NCBI GenBank assembly: GCA_043750125.1
Contig: JAYVCD010000014.1
Span: forward strand, 1 to 43,265
DNA length: 43,265 nt
Reading direction: 5' to 3'
Source of the DNA: Archangiaceae bacterium
Lineage (GTDB): Bacteria > Myxococcota > Myxococcia > Myxococcales > Myxococcaceae
Part shown: in pieces, positions 27,543 to 37,277 of the stretch
Layout of the letters: every line of letters begins with the position of its first letter
Position numbering within the stretch: the stretch's first letter is position 1
The notes under the pieces: model-generated
The model's database searches: none
The model's input: the letters and a program-made list of their open reading frames with translations, nothing else
Told to the model about the DNA's origin: nothing
Made by a program: the position numbers and the translations under genes

Positions 27543-28588
27543 AGACCCGAAGCTACGCCGCCACTGCCTTCGACAAGGGCCTCGCGCCCTACACGCTCGA
27601 GCGCCGTGAGCCCGGAGCTCTCGACGTGGTGATCGACGTGCTCTTTTCCGGCGTTTGCCACTCAGACATTCACCAGGTGCGGGGCGACTGGAACAACTCG
27701 ACCTTTCCGATGGTGCCGGGACACGAGGTCATCGGCCGGGTTTCCCGGGTCGGGGCCAAAGTCACCCGCCACAAGGTGGGCGATCGGGTGGGCGTCGGCT
27801 GCATGGTCGACGCATGCAGAACCTGTGCTGCCTGCAAGCGCGGCCACGAGCAGTTCTGCGAGCAGTGGACGTCCTGGACGTACAACGGCACCGAGCAAGA
27901 TCGAACCACCCGCACCTTCGGCGGCTACGCGTCGCAGATCGTGGTCACCGAGCACTTCGTGCTCAAGGTTCCCGAGTCGCTCGATGCCGCGGGGGCCGCG
28001 CCGCTGCTGTGCGCCGGAATCACGACCTATTCCCCTCTCAAGGAATGGAACTGCAAGAAGGGAGACCGGGTGGGGGTGATGGGCCTGGGCGGCCTGGGCC
28101 ACATGGCGGTGAAGTTGGCCCGCGCGATGGGCGCCGAAGTCACGATGCTCAGCACTTCCCCGAGCAAGCAGGCCGACGCGGGCCGGCTGGGCGCGTCGGC
28201 GTTCGGGCTCACGTCCGACCCTGAGACGTTCACCCGGCTGGCGGGAAAGTTCGACCTGCTGATCGACACCATCTCGGCGCAGCACGACTACAACGCCTAC
28301 CTGCGGCTGTTGCGCCCGTTCGGGGCGATGGTGCTGGTCGGAGTTCCTGCCCACCCGACCGAGGTCGCCGCGTTCTCGTTGATCAACGGCAATCGGCGGC
28401 TTGCCGGCTCGAGCATCGGGGGCATTGCGCAGACTCAGGAAATGCTCACGTTCTGCGCCGAGCACAACATCGTTTCCGACGTCGAAGTGATTCCGATTCA
28501 ACAGATCAATGAAGCATACGAACGGGTGCTGCGCGGCGACGTGCGCTACCGCTTCGTGATCGACGCGAAGAGCCTGGGCAAGGACTGA
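27539..28588 (+). CDS. Zn-dependent NAD(P)H alcohol dehydrogenase (CAD/YahK-like)
   Basis: GVCHSD, GHE, structural Zn CxxCxxC...C, LLCAGITTYSPL, GLGGLG, YRFVID. Confidence 0.95.
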   Translation: MKTRSYAATAFDKGLAPYTLERREPGALDVVIDVLFSGVCHSDIHQVRGDWNNSTFPMVPGHEVIGRVSRVGAKVTRHKVGDRVGVGCMVDACRTCAACKRGHEQFCEQWTSWTYNGTEQDRTTRTFGGYASQIVVTEHFVLKVPESLDAAGAAPLLCAGITTYSPLKEWNCKKGDRVGVMGLGGLGHMAVKLARAMGAEVTMLSTSPSKQADAGRLGASAFGLTSDPETFTRLAGKFDLLIDTISAQHDYNAYLRLLRPFGAMVLVGVPAHPTEVAAFSLINGNRRLAGSSIGGIAQTQEMLTFCAEHNIVSDVEVIPIQQINEAYERVLRGDVRYRFVIDAKSLGKD

Positions 28589-28693
28589 CATGCAGCGCGT
28601 CGACAACAGCGGGGTTGGCAATTGCCCGCTGCAGGGCCGGATTTCTCAGAATTGTCGCAGCGACAGTTCGATTTCAACACGACAGGTTTCGAC

Positions 28694-29722
28694 ATGACGG
28701 CTGTTCAACCCAGAACTGCCCGAACCTCCGGGTCTTTCCCTCGCACGAGGATTCCAGACGAGGCGCTGATCAAGAAAGTCCGGGCGCTGGGCAAAATTTT
28801 TCGACCGACGCCGATCGTGGCGACGTCCATTCCAGGTCTGAAGCTGTTTGCGAAGCTCGAGTGCCAGAATCCCTTTGGGAGCATCAAGGATCGCGCGGCC
28901 TACGGAATGCTCAGCGCGGCGGTCGACCGGGGAGACGTTCGTCAGGGGACGACGCTGATCGAGTCGTCTTCCGGCAACTTCGCCGCAGCACTCGCCGGGC
29001 TCTGTCACATGTTGGAGCTGAACTTCATTCCGGTGATCGACCCGAACATCAATACCTCGCGGGAATCGTTCCTGCGGGGCATCTGCCCCGCCGTGGTCAA
29101 AGTGGTCGAGCGGGACGACACCGGCGGATTTCTAAAAACGCGCCTCGCGAAGGTCAAAGAGCTCTGCGCGAAGGACCGCGAGACCTACTGGCCCAACCAG
29201 TACGGGAACCTCGATGGGGTGAACGCGCATTACCGGCTCACGGCTGGCGAAATCTGCGACCAGTTCTCGGCCCTCGACGTGGTCTTCATCGGGGTCAGCA
29301 CCGGAGGCACCATCTCGGGAGTCTCACGCCGACTCAAAGAACACTTTCCCAAAATCAAAGTCGTGGCAGTGGACGCCGTCGGCTCGATCATCTTTGGCGG
29401 CGCTCCCGGCAAACGCCACATTCCGGGCATCGGAGCGAGCATCAACCTGACGTTGATCGACCACTCGTTGATCGACGACGTGATCCACGTGCCCGAGCAC
29501 GAGACGGTGCAGGCCTGTTACGAGCTGCGCGATGAGCACGGCCTGTTTCTGGGCGGCTCTTCGGGCAGCGTCTTCGCAGCCGCCAAACAGTACGCGGCGA
29601 AGCTGCGCGATTCGCAGAAAGAGCCGACCGCGTTGCTGCTGTGCGCGGACGGCGGGGCCGCCTACCTCGAGACCGTCTACAACCCGGTCTGGGCCAGCCG
29701 GTTGGGCAGCTCGAAGGCTTGA
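28694..29722 (+). CDS. sbnA: SbnA-like PLP enzyme (2,3-diaminopropionate biosynthesis)
   Basis: KLECQNPFGSIKDR, ESSSGNF, DDTGGFLKTRL, WPNQYGN, STGGT, YLETVYN; adjacent to an SbnB homologue. Confidence 0.9.
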   Translation: MTAVQPRTARTSGSFPRTRIPDEALIKKVRALGKIFRPTPIVATSIPGLKLFAKLECQNPFGSIKDRAAYGMLSAAVDRGDVRQGTTLIESSSGNFAAALAGLCHMLELNFIPVIDPNINTSRESFLRGICPAVVKVVERDDTGGFLKTRLAKVKELCAKDRETYWPNQYGNLDGVNAHYRLTAGEICDQFSALDVVFIGVSTGGTISGVSRRLKEHFPKIKVVAVDAVGSIIFGGAPGKRHIPGIGASINLTLIDHSLIDDVIHVPEHETVQACYELRDEHGLFLGGSSGSVFAAAKQYAAKLRDSQKEPTALLLCADGGAAYLETVYNPVWASRLGSSKA

Positions 29723-29729
29723 GCCTTCT

Positions 29730-30743
29730 TCAGCGCGACAACTCGTAGAAGAAATCTCCGAGCCGAAGACCTTTTCCCGCGGCCCGCGCCTCGTCGTAGA
29801 CCCACTTTCCGACCGCGAGGTCCAACACCCCCAGGCCGAAGGGCGAGAACACCGTCGCGCGCGAAGGGTCGAGCGTGCACTTGCCTTCCATCAGCTCGCT
29901 CAGCGTGCCGTTGACGAAGCGCCGGTGGCCGACCTTCTGCTCGGCCAGGTGCACCGAGGTGCTGGCCTTCATCACGTGCTCTACGTCATCGACCACGTTG
30001 TTCGAATTCAAGATCAGCTCGGGCGACAGGTCTCGCAACGACAGGTGCAGCACCAGCGGGCGGTGGGCGAGCAGCTGTGGATCCTCGAGGTGCGCAGTCG
30101 CGGCGATGGTCGCCAGGCCCACCACGTCGCTCGCGGCAAACAGCTCGGCGGCCGACTTCGAGACGAGGATCTTCTGGTGGCGCGTAGGGGAACACACCGT
30201 CGCGGCGAACCGGGCGGACTCGGCGGGGTTCAAGTCGAACAGCCGGACCTCGTCGAACTGCCACCCCGAGTTGATGAAGAAATTGTACAGATAACGCGAA
30301 ATCAAACCATTCCCGACCAAACCCAGACACTTTGCTTTGCGGCTTCCTTTGTTGAGCCATTCTGCCGCGAGCACCGCCGACGCCGCGGTTCGCGCCGCCG
30401 AGATGATGGAAGCCTCGAGGATCGCGAAGGGGTAGCCGGTCTCGCAGTCGTTGAGGATCAGCACCGCCGACGCCCGGGGGAAGCCCTTCTTGACGTTGTC
30501 CGGGTAGCTGGCGATCCACTTCAGGCCCGACACATCGAAGCCTCCGCCGAGGTAGGCCGGCAGGGCGATGATTCGGGCGTTCGTCTTCTTCGGGAAGTTG
30601 AGAAAGTAGCTGGGAGGATTCACCGAATCGCGGGCCCCATGCGCGAGGTAGGCGCGCCGAACGACATCGACGCAGGTCGTCAGCTTCGCGTTGATGATGT
30701 CCGCGACGACCTGCCCTTTGATGATTTCAATTTCGAAGTTCAT
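29730..30743 (-). CDS. sbnB: SbnB-like ornithine cyclodeaminase family dehydrogenase (2,3-diaminopropionate biosynthesis)
   Basis: VNPPSYFL, RIIALPA, KWIASYPDN, ISAARTAASA, LHLSLRD, FSPFGLGVLDLAVG. Confidence 0.93.
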   Translation of the reverse strand: MNFEIEIIKGQVVADIINAKLTTCVDVVRRAYLAHGARDSVNPPSYFLNFPKKTNARIIALPAYLGGGFDVSGLKWIASYPDNVKKGFPRASAVLILNDCETGYPFAILEASIISAARTAASAVLAAEWLNKGSRKAKCLGLVGNGLISRYLYNFFINSGWQFDEVRLFDLNPAESARFAATVCSPTRHQKILVSKSAAELFAASDVVGLATIAATAHLEDPQLLAHRPLVLHLSLRDLSPELILNSNNVVDDVEHVMKASTSVHLAEQKVGHRRFVNGTLSELMEGKCTLDPSRATVFSPFGLGVLDLAVGKWVYDEARAAGKGLRLGDFFYELSR

Positions 30744-30797
30744 GCCGTCCCCTCTACAACAAAGGCCGGCTTGAATCGTCTGCCCCCTGCCGTAGCG

Positions 30798-31874
30798 TCA
30801 GGCCGCTTCGCTTTCAGGCCCGGCGTACAGATTGCGCGCCATCACTTCGACCCGGCGAGCGACCCCTTCGAACTCGCCCAGGAACGACCGCCGGTATTGA
30901 CCATGCGGGTTCTGGGGGTTGAAGGGAGGAGCCAGGCGCTCGAACACCTTCGACATCTGGTCTGCCTTTTCGAACGGGCTGTCGCAGGGCTTGGCGTACT
31001 CGAGCTCGATTTCCTTGAAGGCGGCGAGCGCCGCGGGCGAGACGTTGTATTCGTTCACCAGGTGCCAGGCGATCGACTGCAGGTTCTGGTCGGAATGAAA
31101 CGACTCGGCGAGGAAGTGAAGGTACTTGTTTCGACGCCAGCGCATCGTCACCGACATGCTGGTGTCCAGATACTCGAAGTAGTGCCACATCAAGGTGGGC
31201 ATGAAGATGGTCTCGCCGGTGCGAAGGACCGCTTGATGGCCATTGATGTATTTGACGAACTCCTCGTTGCCCGCGTCGGTCAACCCTTCCGGGCTCAACG
31301 TGGCGTTGTTGCGCACCGAGAGAAGTTTCTTCGCAGCCGACGGCGGAGCGAGCACCACCCGCTTGCTCCCCCACACCTGGTATTGCAGCAGTTGACGGTA
31401 GTCGCCATCGAAGTGAAGGTGACTGTAATTGCCGGCATTTCCGAGCCAAAGCATCGACTCTTGCGCGGTGTCTTCGTCCGCATCGGGGTTGCAGTAGTCG
31501 GGCAGCTTGAAGGTGTCCATCAGCTTGCCCATCACCGACGAGGGCACGTCCGAGCAGAGCAGCCGGGTGTCGGGGTCCTTGGCGACGAGGTCGAGGTAGC
31601 CATTGACGGTGCTCTCGTTGAGATCGAGCCCGGGGTACACCTGTTCTCCGTTGATCAGCCCGCGCACCATCCGGCTGAACGCTTCCTCGTGGCCCTCGTG
31701 AATCTGGACCCCCATGTCGCCCAGAATCTGACGGCCCTTCTCGAGGCTCGAGATCTCGCGAACCGGTTGACCGTCGAACAAGTCGGTCAGAATCACCGGC
31801 TTCTGCGGAAAGACATATTCCTTGTAGAAGACTTCGCGCGACGGCGATTTGATCCGCTCAATGTTTTCGAACAT
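30798..31874 (-). CDS. JmjC/Cupin_8 Fe(II)/2-oxoglutarate oxygenase
   Basis: KPVILTD, LWLGNAG...HFD (HxD), QVWGSKRVVL, GETIFMP..MWH; GGAGG before ATG 31874. Confidence 0.88.
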   Translation of the reverse strand: MFENIERIKSPSREVFYKEYVFPQKPVILTDLFDGQPVREISSLEKGRQILGDMGVQIHEGHEEAFSRMVRGLINGEQVYPGLDLNESTVNGYLDLVAKDPDTRLLCSDVPSSVMGKLMDTFKLPDYCNPDADEDTAQESMLWLGNAGNYSHLHFDGDYRQLLQYQVWGSKRVVLAPPSAAKKLLSVRNNATLSPEGLTDAGNEEFVKYINGHQAVLRTGETIFMPTLMWHYFEYLDTSMSVTMRWRRNKYLHFLAESFHSDQNLQSIAWHLVNEYNVSPAALAAFKEIELEYAKPCDSPFEKADQMSKVFERLAPPFNPQNPHGQYRRSFLGEFEGVARRVEVMARNLYAGPESEAA

Positions 31875-32000
31875 CCGTGCCTCCAGGCAGGTGTGGCCCC
31901 AAAACTGGCGATCTGGCCATAGCCCAACCCGCGCAGCCCAACTAGAGCCCACGTTGCTGCTTTCTTGGATTCCCCGGCAAGGTTAAAGCGAACCCGACGA

Positions 32001-33773
32001 ATGCCGACCCCCACGCCCGCCCCGGCGCCGATTCGCCGACTTTTGCGGTTGGCCCCGCCGTCGTGGGGCCTGCTCGCGTTGGCCATCTTCGGCCTGCTCG
32101 TCAGCAACGCCGCCGGCCTGGCCTTGCCGCTTGGAGTGCGCGTGATTCTGGACGACGCCACCCTCGATTGGACGAGGAACAAGCTGGCGCTCGCGCTGGG
32201 AGTGTTGGCGGTGTTCGGGGGCGCGACCTTCTTGCGCTACAGCCTGTTCCACATCGCCAGCGAGCAGGTGGTGATGAAGATCAAGAACCGGCTGTACCGA
32301 AACCTGCTGCGGCAGGAAATCGGCTTCTTTGATCGGGTGAAGACCGGGCAGTTGATCAGCTGCCTGAGCGTGGACACGGTGGTGCTCCAGGATGCGCTGA
32401 GCTCCAACCTGGCGATGGGGCTTCAGAGCTTGCTGGGGGTGGTCGGCAGCGCAGTGATGCTCTTCGTGCTGTCGGCGCGGTTGTCCGTGGTGGTGCTGGC
32501 GATGGTGCCCGTGCTCGGCCTGGGAGCGTTGATCTTCGGGCGGCTGATTCAGAAGACCTCGCGTGCCGTTCAAGACTCGCTGGCCGACGCGAACCAGATC
32601 GCGGACGAGGCGCTGGCCGGAATTCGCACCGTGCGCACGCTGGCGGCCGAAGAGGAAGAGGCGGGGCGGTACGAGAAATCGACGCAGCTCACCTTCGACC
32701 GGGCACGCCGGCGGGCCGTGGTGGTAGCCGTCTGGGGCGGGTTGACCTCGGTGGTCGGGTACGGCGCGTTGCTCGGGGTTCTGGGTTACGGCGGGATGCT
32801 GGTGTCGACGGGGCAAATCACGGTCGGCGCGCTGGGCTCGTTCATCCTCTACGGGTTGTTTCTCTCGAGCTCATTGGCAGATTTGTCAGATCGCTGGGCG
32901 GCGCTGAAGAAGGCCTCGGGGTCAGCGGCGCGGGTGATCGAGCTGCTCGAACGTTCGGCAGGCGCGGCCGAGCGGGGAACCCGACAGTTGGGGGTGGTGA
33001 ACGGGGGCATCGAGTTCAAGGACGTCCACTTTTCCTACCCCACCCGGTTGGGGGCCCAGGTGCTCACGGGTCTGAACCTGAGCGTCGCCGCCGGAGAAGT
33101 GGTGGCCCTGGTCGGAGCGTCCGGCGCTGGAAAGTCGACCGTCGCGGCGCTGCTGGCGAGGCTCTATGAGCCCACCCGGGGGGCAGTGTATCTCGACGGC
33201 TGCGATCTCGCCGAGCTTGATCCCCACTGGTTGCGACAGCGAATCAGCTCGGTGTCGCAAGAGCCGATTCTGTTCTCGGGGACCCTGACCGACAACATTC
33301 GCTACGGGCAGGAAGACGTGAATTTCGATCGGGTCGAGGCGGCGGCCCGCGCTGCGAACGCCCACGAATTCATCCAGCTCTTTCCAGACGGGTACAACAC
33401 CCGCGTCGGCGAACGGGGGCTGCAGCTGTCCGGCGGACAAAAGCAGCGGGTGGCGATCGCCCGCGCGCTGCTGCGAGCGCCCCGCGTCCTGATTTTGGAT
33501 GAAGCGACCAGCGCGCTCGACAGTGAGAACGAATTTCTGGTTCAGGAAGCGCTCGGCCGCTTGATGCAGGGCCGCACCACACTGCTGATTGCCCACCGAC
33601 TCTCGACGGTAAAAGGAGCCAATCGCGTCTTCGTGCTCGAGGAAGGTCGGGTGGTTCAAAGTGGAAATCACGCGTCACTGATGCGCGAAGGCGGCCTGTA
33701 CCGCCGGTTGGTCGAACGGCAGTTCATGAGTGAAGAGCATCAGGCTCCCCTGCTGGAAGTCGCCAAGCCCTGA
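32001..33773 (+). CDS. ABCB-type exporter (fused permease and ATPase)
   Basis: TM domain, GASGAGKST, LSGGQKQR, ILDEATSALD, IAHRLST. Confidence 0.95.
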   Translation: MPTPTPAPAPIRRLLRLAPPSWGLLALAIFGLLVSNAAGLALPLGVRVILDDATLDWTRNKLALALGVLAVFGGATFLRYSLFHIASEQVVMKIKNRLYRNLLRQEIGFFDRVKTGQLISCLSVDTVVLQDALSSNLAMGLQSLLGVVGSAVMLFVLSARLSVVVLAMVPVLGLGALIFGRLIQKTSRAVQDSLADANQIADEALAGIRTVRTLAAEEEEAGRYEKSTQLTFDRARRRAVVVAVWGGLTSVVGYGALLGVLGYGGMLVSTGQITVGALGSFILYGLFLSSSLADLSDRWAALKKASGSAARVIELLERSAGAAERGTRQLGVVNGGIEFKDVHFSYPTRLGAQVLTGLNLSVAAGEVVALVGASGAGKSTVAALLARLYEPTRGAVYLDGCDLAELDPHWLRQRISSVSQEPILFSGTLTDNIRYGQEDVNFDRVEAAARAANAHEFIQLFPDGYNTRVGERGLQLSGGQKQRVAIARALLRAPRVLILDEATSALDSENEFLVQEALGRLMQGRTTLLIAHRLSTVKGANRVFVLEEGRVVQSGNHASLMREGGLYRRLVERQFMSEEHQAPLLEVAKP

Positions 33774-33777
33774 AGGG

Positions 33778-34770
33778 TCAGGTCGACCGGACGGCGAAAG
33801 CCGCCGCGCGCTCGACCGCGGCCCGGGCCTCGGTGAGCAGCTCTGGATAGAACTGCCAGCCGTGAATCAGGCCGGACCATTCGTCCAGCTCGACCGAAAC
33901 GCCCGCCGAGACAAGTGCCGCCGCCAGGCGCCGTGAGTCGTCGAGAAGAATTTCAGCCGAGCCGACTTGCACGAAGAAGGGCGGCAGGTCCCGAAGATCC
34001 GCGCGAAGAGGAGCCACTCGAACGTCTTCGGCGTCGAGCCCGGCCAGGTAGCACCCCGCCTGAGCCCGCAGGCAATCTACCGGGTACCAGTCCAGCCGGG
34101 CGTTGAGCACGACCGAAGCTCCGCTCACTGACAGATCGACCCACGGGGAAAACAACAGGCTCGCGCGAGGAAGGGCCAGCCCGCGATCGCGCAGCGCGAG
34201 CAGGGACGAGACGGCCAGCCCCCCCCCGGCCGAATCTCCACAGAGGATGCAGCTGCGCGGATCCGTGCCGTCACTCAACAGCGCCTTCCACGCCGCCAAG
34301 ACGTCGTCGAGCGCCGCCGGAAAGGGGTGCTCGGGTGCGAGGCGGTAATGAAACATCACCAGCCGTGCCCGTGCCTTCACCGCCAGACGGGAAGCGAGCT
34401 CGCCGTGGCTGGCCCAGGACCCCTGGGTATAACCGCCTCCGGGCAAGTAGATCAGCGTTCGCTCGACCGGCTGGGCGAGGGGAATCACTTCCGAACAACG
34501 CACCGAGCCGAGCTCGAAAGTGCGGGTTCGAACTTCATTCTTTTCTGGGCCCACCGAGGGGCGAGCCTCCGCGTCCTCTCGCGCGCGAACCCAGTTGGCC
34601 TGTTCCCACCCACCGACGCCGAGCGCATTCATCTGGACTCGAAGCGACTGGGCCAAAGCTTCCAGCCGGAAACTCCAGCCCGGAAATCGAGGGCCCCGAA
34701 CGAGCCGCCGACTGACGACGAAGAGCCACGCCTCAAGGAAAGCGGTCACTTCGCCCAGTGAGGCGCTCAC
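33778..34770 (-). CDS. Alpha/beta hydrolase (HSL-like esterase)
   Basis: GGGY oxyanion loop (PGGG instead of HGGG), YRLAPEHPFPA, GDSAGG, EILLDD, IHG; start uncertain. Confidence 0.88.
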   Translation of the reverse strand: MSASLGEVTAFLEAWLFVVSRRLVRGPRFPGWSFRLEALAQSLRVQMNALGVGGWEQANWVRAREDAEARPSVGPEKNEVRTRTFELGSVRCSEVIPLAQPVERTLIYLPGGGYTQGSWASHGELASRLAVKARARLVMFHYRLAPEHPFPAALDDVLAAWKALLSDGTDPRSCILCGDSAGGGLAVSSLLALRDRGLALPRASLLFSPWVDLSVSGASVVLNARLDWYPVDCLRAQAGCYLAGLDAEDVRVAPLRADLRDLPPFFVQVGSAEILLDDSRRLAAALVSAGVSVELDEWSGLIHGWQFYPELLTEARAAVERAAAFAVRST

Positions 34771-34866
34771 GTGACGGGCCTGCAATGGTCGAGCGCCGCG
34801 GGTGATCGACAGGGCGCTGCGCGTGATAGGTTGCCGCCCCCTAAACCCTCAGTGACGGTTGATCTC

Positions 34867-36009
34867 ATGCCTAGTCCCGCTCTCAGTTTGTCGCCGCCCG
34901 CCGGTCCACAACCCTTGCTGCGGATCGTGCCGCCGCCACAAAAAGCGTTTCTATCCCGGCCCGTTCCGCTCGCGTTCATCTTTGGGGCCTTCCTGTTGAT
35001 GACCGTGCCCCTGCTCTACCTGATGATTTACAAGAAGGACGTCTCGGAACCCTTTTTTGACGTGTACTTCGTTGCGACGTCGCTGACGCATTTCTTCATC
35101 ACCTTCGCGCTCTACGCCGACGCTAAACACAGTCAGTTTTTCAAATCGACCCCGCGGAATCGCTTCCTCTTTTTTGTCGTGCCTATTGCGATTTTCGGGT
35201 TCGTCTTTTTGATCGGCAGCCTCCGGGTGGATCCCGCGCACGGCTACGAGCCCCGGGGGGACAACCTGGGAGCGATGTTCTGGGCCTTCTGGTGGCTGGC
35301 CGCGGTGACTGCAATCGATTTCTCGCACAGCACCCGGCAGACGTTTGGCGTGCTGCAGATGATCAAGGCTCAGCCCGGCCTCAAGTTCCCCTCGTGGATG
35401 AAACACGCCGATCGTTTTTTCTTCCTCTCGGTCGCCGTCACCCAGCTCGCGACTTTTCTCACCGCCGGCCGCTTTGACCCTACCAACCGATGGACCCAGT
35501 TGCTGCTGGCGTTCAATGCCACGCTTGGAGCGGCAGTGTTGTTTGGTTTCGTCCGCGCCTGGAGCCTGTCCACCCAGCGGCGCGGAATGCTGATCCCCTT
35601 CACCTATTTTCTATTTCAAACCATCTCAGCGGCGTTCGTCGTCTGGCGCTTTGAGTTGTATTTCATTGCGCTCGCGATGCACAACGTCGAGTACCACGTG
35701 CTGATGGTGCCCCGGCTGATGACCCGTCGCGCCGAAAAGACCGGAGCCAAGCGCTGGGCGGGGTGGAAGTACGTCGCGGTGACGTACGGCCTCGTCCTCG
35801 TCGGCTCGCTCTACTACTGCGTTCAGTCCCTATTGCCGCCCAATCTCTCTCAACAGCAGTGGGTGTGGACGGCCGCCTGTCTCTTCAACGGGGTGTTCCT
35901 CACCCACTACTTCCTCGAGCGGATGTTGTGGAAGTTCAGCGATCCGTCTCTGCGCGCGATTCTGGGGCCGCTTTACTTCCCCCCTCCGCCCGCGAAAGAC
36001 GCCGCCTAA
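34867..36009 (+). CDS. Multi-pass membrane protein with His-containing motifs, function unknown
   Basis: About 9-10 hydrophobic segments; THFFITF, HSTRQTFG, MHNVEYH, THYFLE...WK. Confidence 0.75.
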   Translation: MPSPALSLSPPAGPQPLLRIVPPPQKAFLSRPVPLAFIFGAFLLMTVPLLYLMIYKKDVSEPFFDVYFVATSLTHFFITFALYADAKHSQFFKSTPRNRFLFFVVPIAIFGFVFLIGSLRVDPAHGYEPRGDNLGAMFWAFWWLAAVTAIDFSHSTRQTFGVLQMIKAQPGLKFPSWMKHADRFFFLSVAVTQLATFLTAGRFDPTNRWTQLLLAFNATLGAAVLFGFVRAWSLSTQRRGMLIPFTYFLFQTISAAFVVWRFELYFIALAMHNVEYHVLMVPRLMTRRAEKTGAKRWAGWKYVAVTYGLVLVGSLYYCVQSLLPPNLSQQQWVWTAACLFNGVFLTHYFLERMLWKFSDPSLRAILGPLYFPPPPAKDAA

Positions 36010-37193
36010 CCGAACAGCGCTCGGGCCCGGGTTTGCCGCTCGGACACAGAGCCCGGGCCGGCCAGGGCGCCGAGCCCCTTCGCAATCGGAACGGCGCCGG
36101 CGCGAAACGGAACAGTGACGACCGCGCCGCCCGACTTCTCACTGCGCCGCAGGTTGCAGATTCCCCAGTCGATTCGCAGCGCCTGGGCGCGAAGGAACTC
36201 GGGGTCTACGTCCGGGCCGCCGAAGGTGATGACGCCCTCGATGGAAATGGAGTCCACGGTGAACAGCAAATCGTAGGCGGGCGCGGTGTTGCCCAGCGGG
36301 GTGCGAATCCGTTCGAGGAAGTCGACGTTCCGCCATTGGGGCCAGAGCGCGATGATCTGGCAGACCCCACCGGGTTCCAGCCTTTGTTCCAGCCCCGCGA
36401 GAATGCCCAGGGTCAACGCGTCGCCCCGCTCGCCTCCCGAGAAAAAGTTGTCGCCCGCCGCGGTGGCTGCGTTCGAAGGCAGGTAGGGCGGGTTGGCGAC
36501 AATCAGGTCGAACTTTTTTCCCGCAGGAATCGGCTGGAAGAGACTGCCTTCCATGAAGGTCACGTTGTCCCGGCCATTGAGCGCCTGATTGAACCGCGCG
36601 AACTGAATCGCCCGGGGACTGATGTCGACCCCCACCACTTCGTCGGCCGTCCGGCTGGCGAGCAGCGCGTGCACTCCTGACCCGGTGCAAAGGTCCAACA
36701 CGTGTCGACCCGGCACCCGCGCGGCGGCCAGCTCGAAGCATTCCGGCAGCAGCCACATCACCGGGTTCACCTCGGGGTCCTCGACCTGCAGCGCGTCGGT
36801 TGCGATGAACAGCCCGTCGATTTCCCACAGCGCCGCCTGCGCCTGAATCTCTCCGTCTGCGAGCACCTTCAGAATGCGCATCTCGAGCAGCGCGTCGAAG
36901 GCCGCCGTACCAAGCGCGTCGGCGGCCTCTTTCTTCTTCATCGGCACGCTGAGCAGCAGCAGCCGAATCACCGTGTCGAGCGCATCCACCGGGTCGGCGC
37001 CGAGAAAATTCGAGATCGGGGGAAGGTACCGGTCGAGGGCTGTGCTCACCCCTGCGTCCGCGGCGTCCCACTGTCGATAGTCCGGAAGTCCGAGCCGCTG
37101 GCGGATTTTGGAAAACTCGTAGCCCAGCGAGCGAAGCCGGGAACTCACCAATTCCATTCGCGGACGTGCAACGGGTTCGGGGCAAAGGGTCAT
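36006..37193 (-). CDS. Class I SAM methyltransferase, HemK/MTS-like (NPPY)
   Basis: LDLCTGSG, VDISPRA, GSLF, DLIVANPPY; extra N-terminal domain. Confidence 0.9.
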   Translation of the reverse strand: MTLCPEPVARPRMELVSSRLRSLGYEFSKIRQRLGLPDYRQWDAADAGVSTALDRYLPPISNFLGADPVDALDTVIRLLLLSVPMKKKEAADALGTAAFDALLEMRILKVLADGEIQAQAALWEIDGLFIATDALQVEDPEVNPVMWLLPECFELAAARVPGRHVLDLCTGSGVHALLASRTADEVVGVDISPRAIQFARFNQALNGRDNVTFMEGSLFQPIPAGKKFDLIVANPPYLPSNAATAAGDNFFSGGERGDALTLGILAGLEQRLEPGGVCQIIALWPQWRNVDFLERIRTPLGNTAPAYDLLFTVDSISIEGVITFGGPDVDPEFLRAQALRIDWGICNLRRSEKSGGAVVTVPFRAGAVPIAKGLGALAGPGSVSERQTRARALFG

Positions 37194-37277
37194 TGGCGCG
37201 CCGGGCTTACTTGTCGCCTTCGGGTGCTGTCAAACACCCTCCCCAAGGGGAGCAGTTTTTCGGTTAGCTTTCTGAGA

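Noticed and set aside
28694-30743. Staphyloferrin B-type siderophore locus
   Set aside because: No NIS synthetase or siderophore receptor in the window; the neighbour is an NRPS.
29532-31922. 796-aa plus-strand ORF
   Set aside because: Antisense shadow of sbnB and the JmjC gene.
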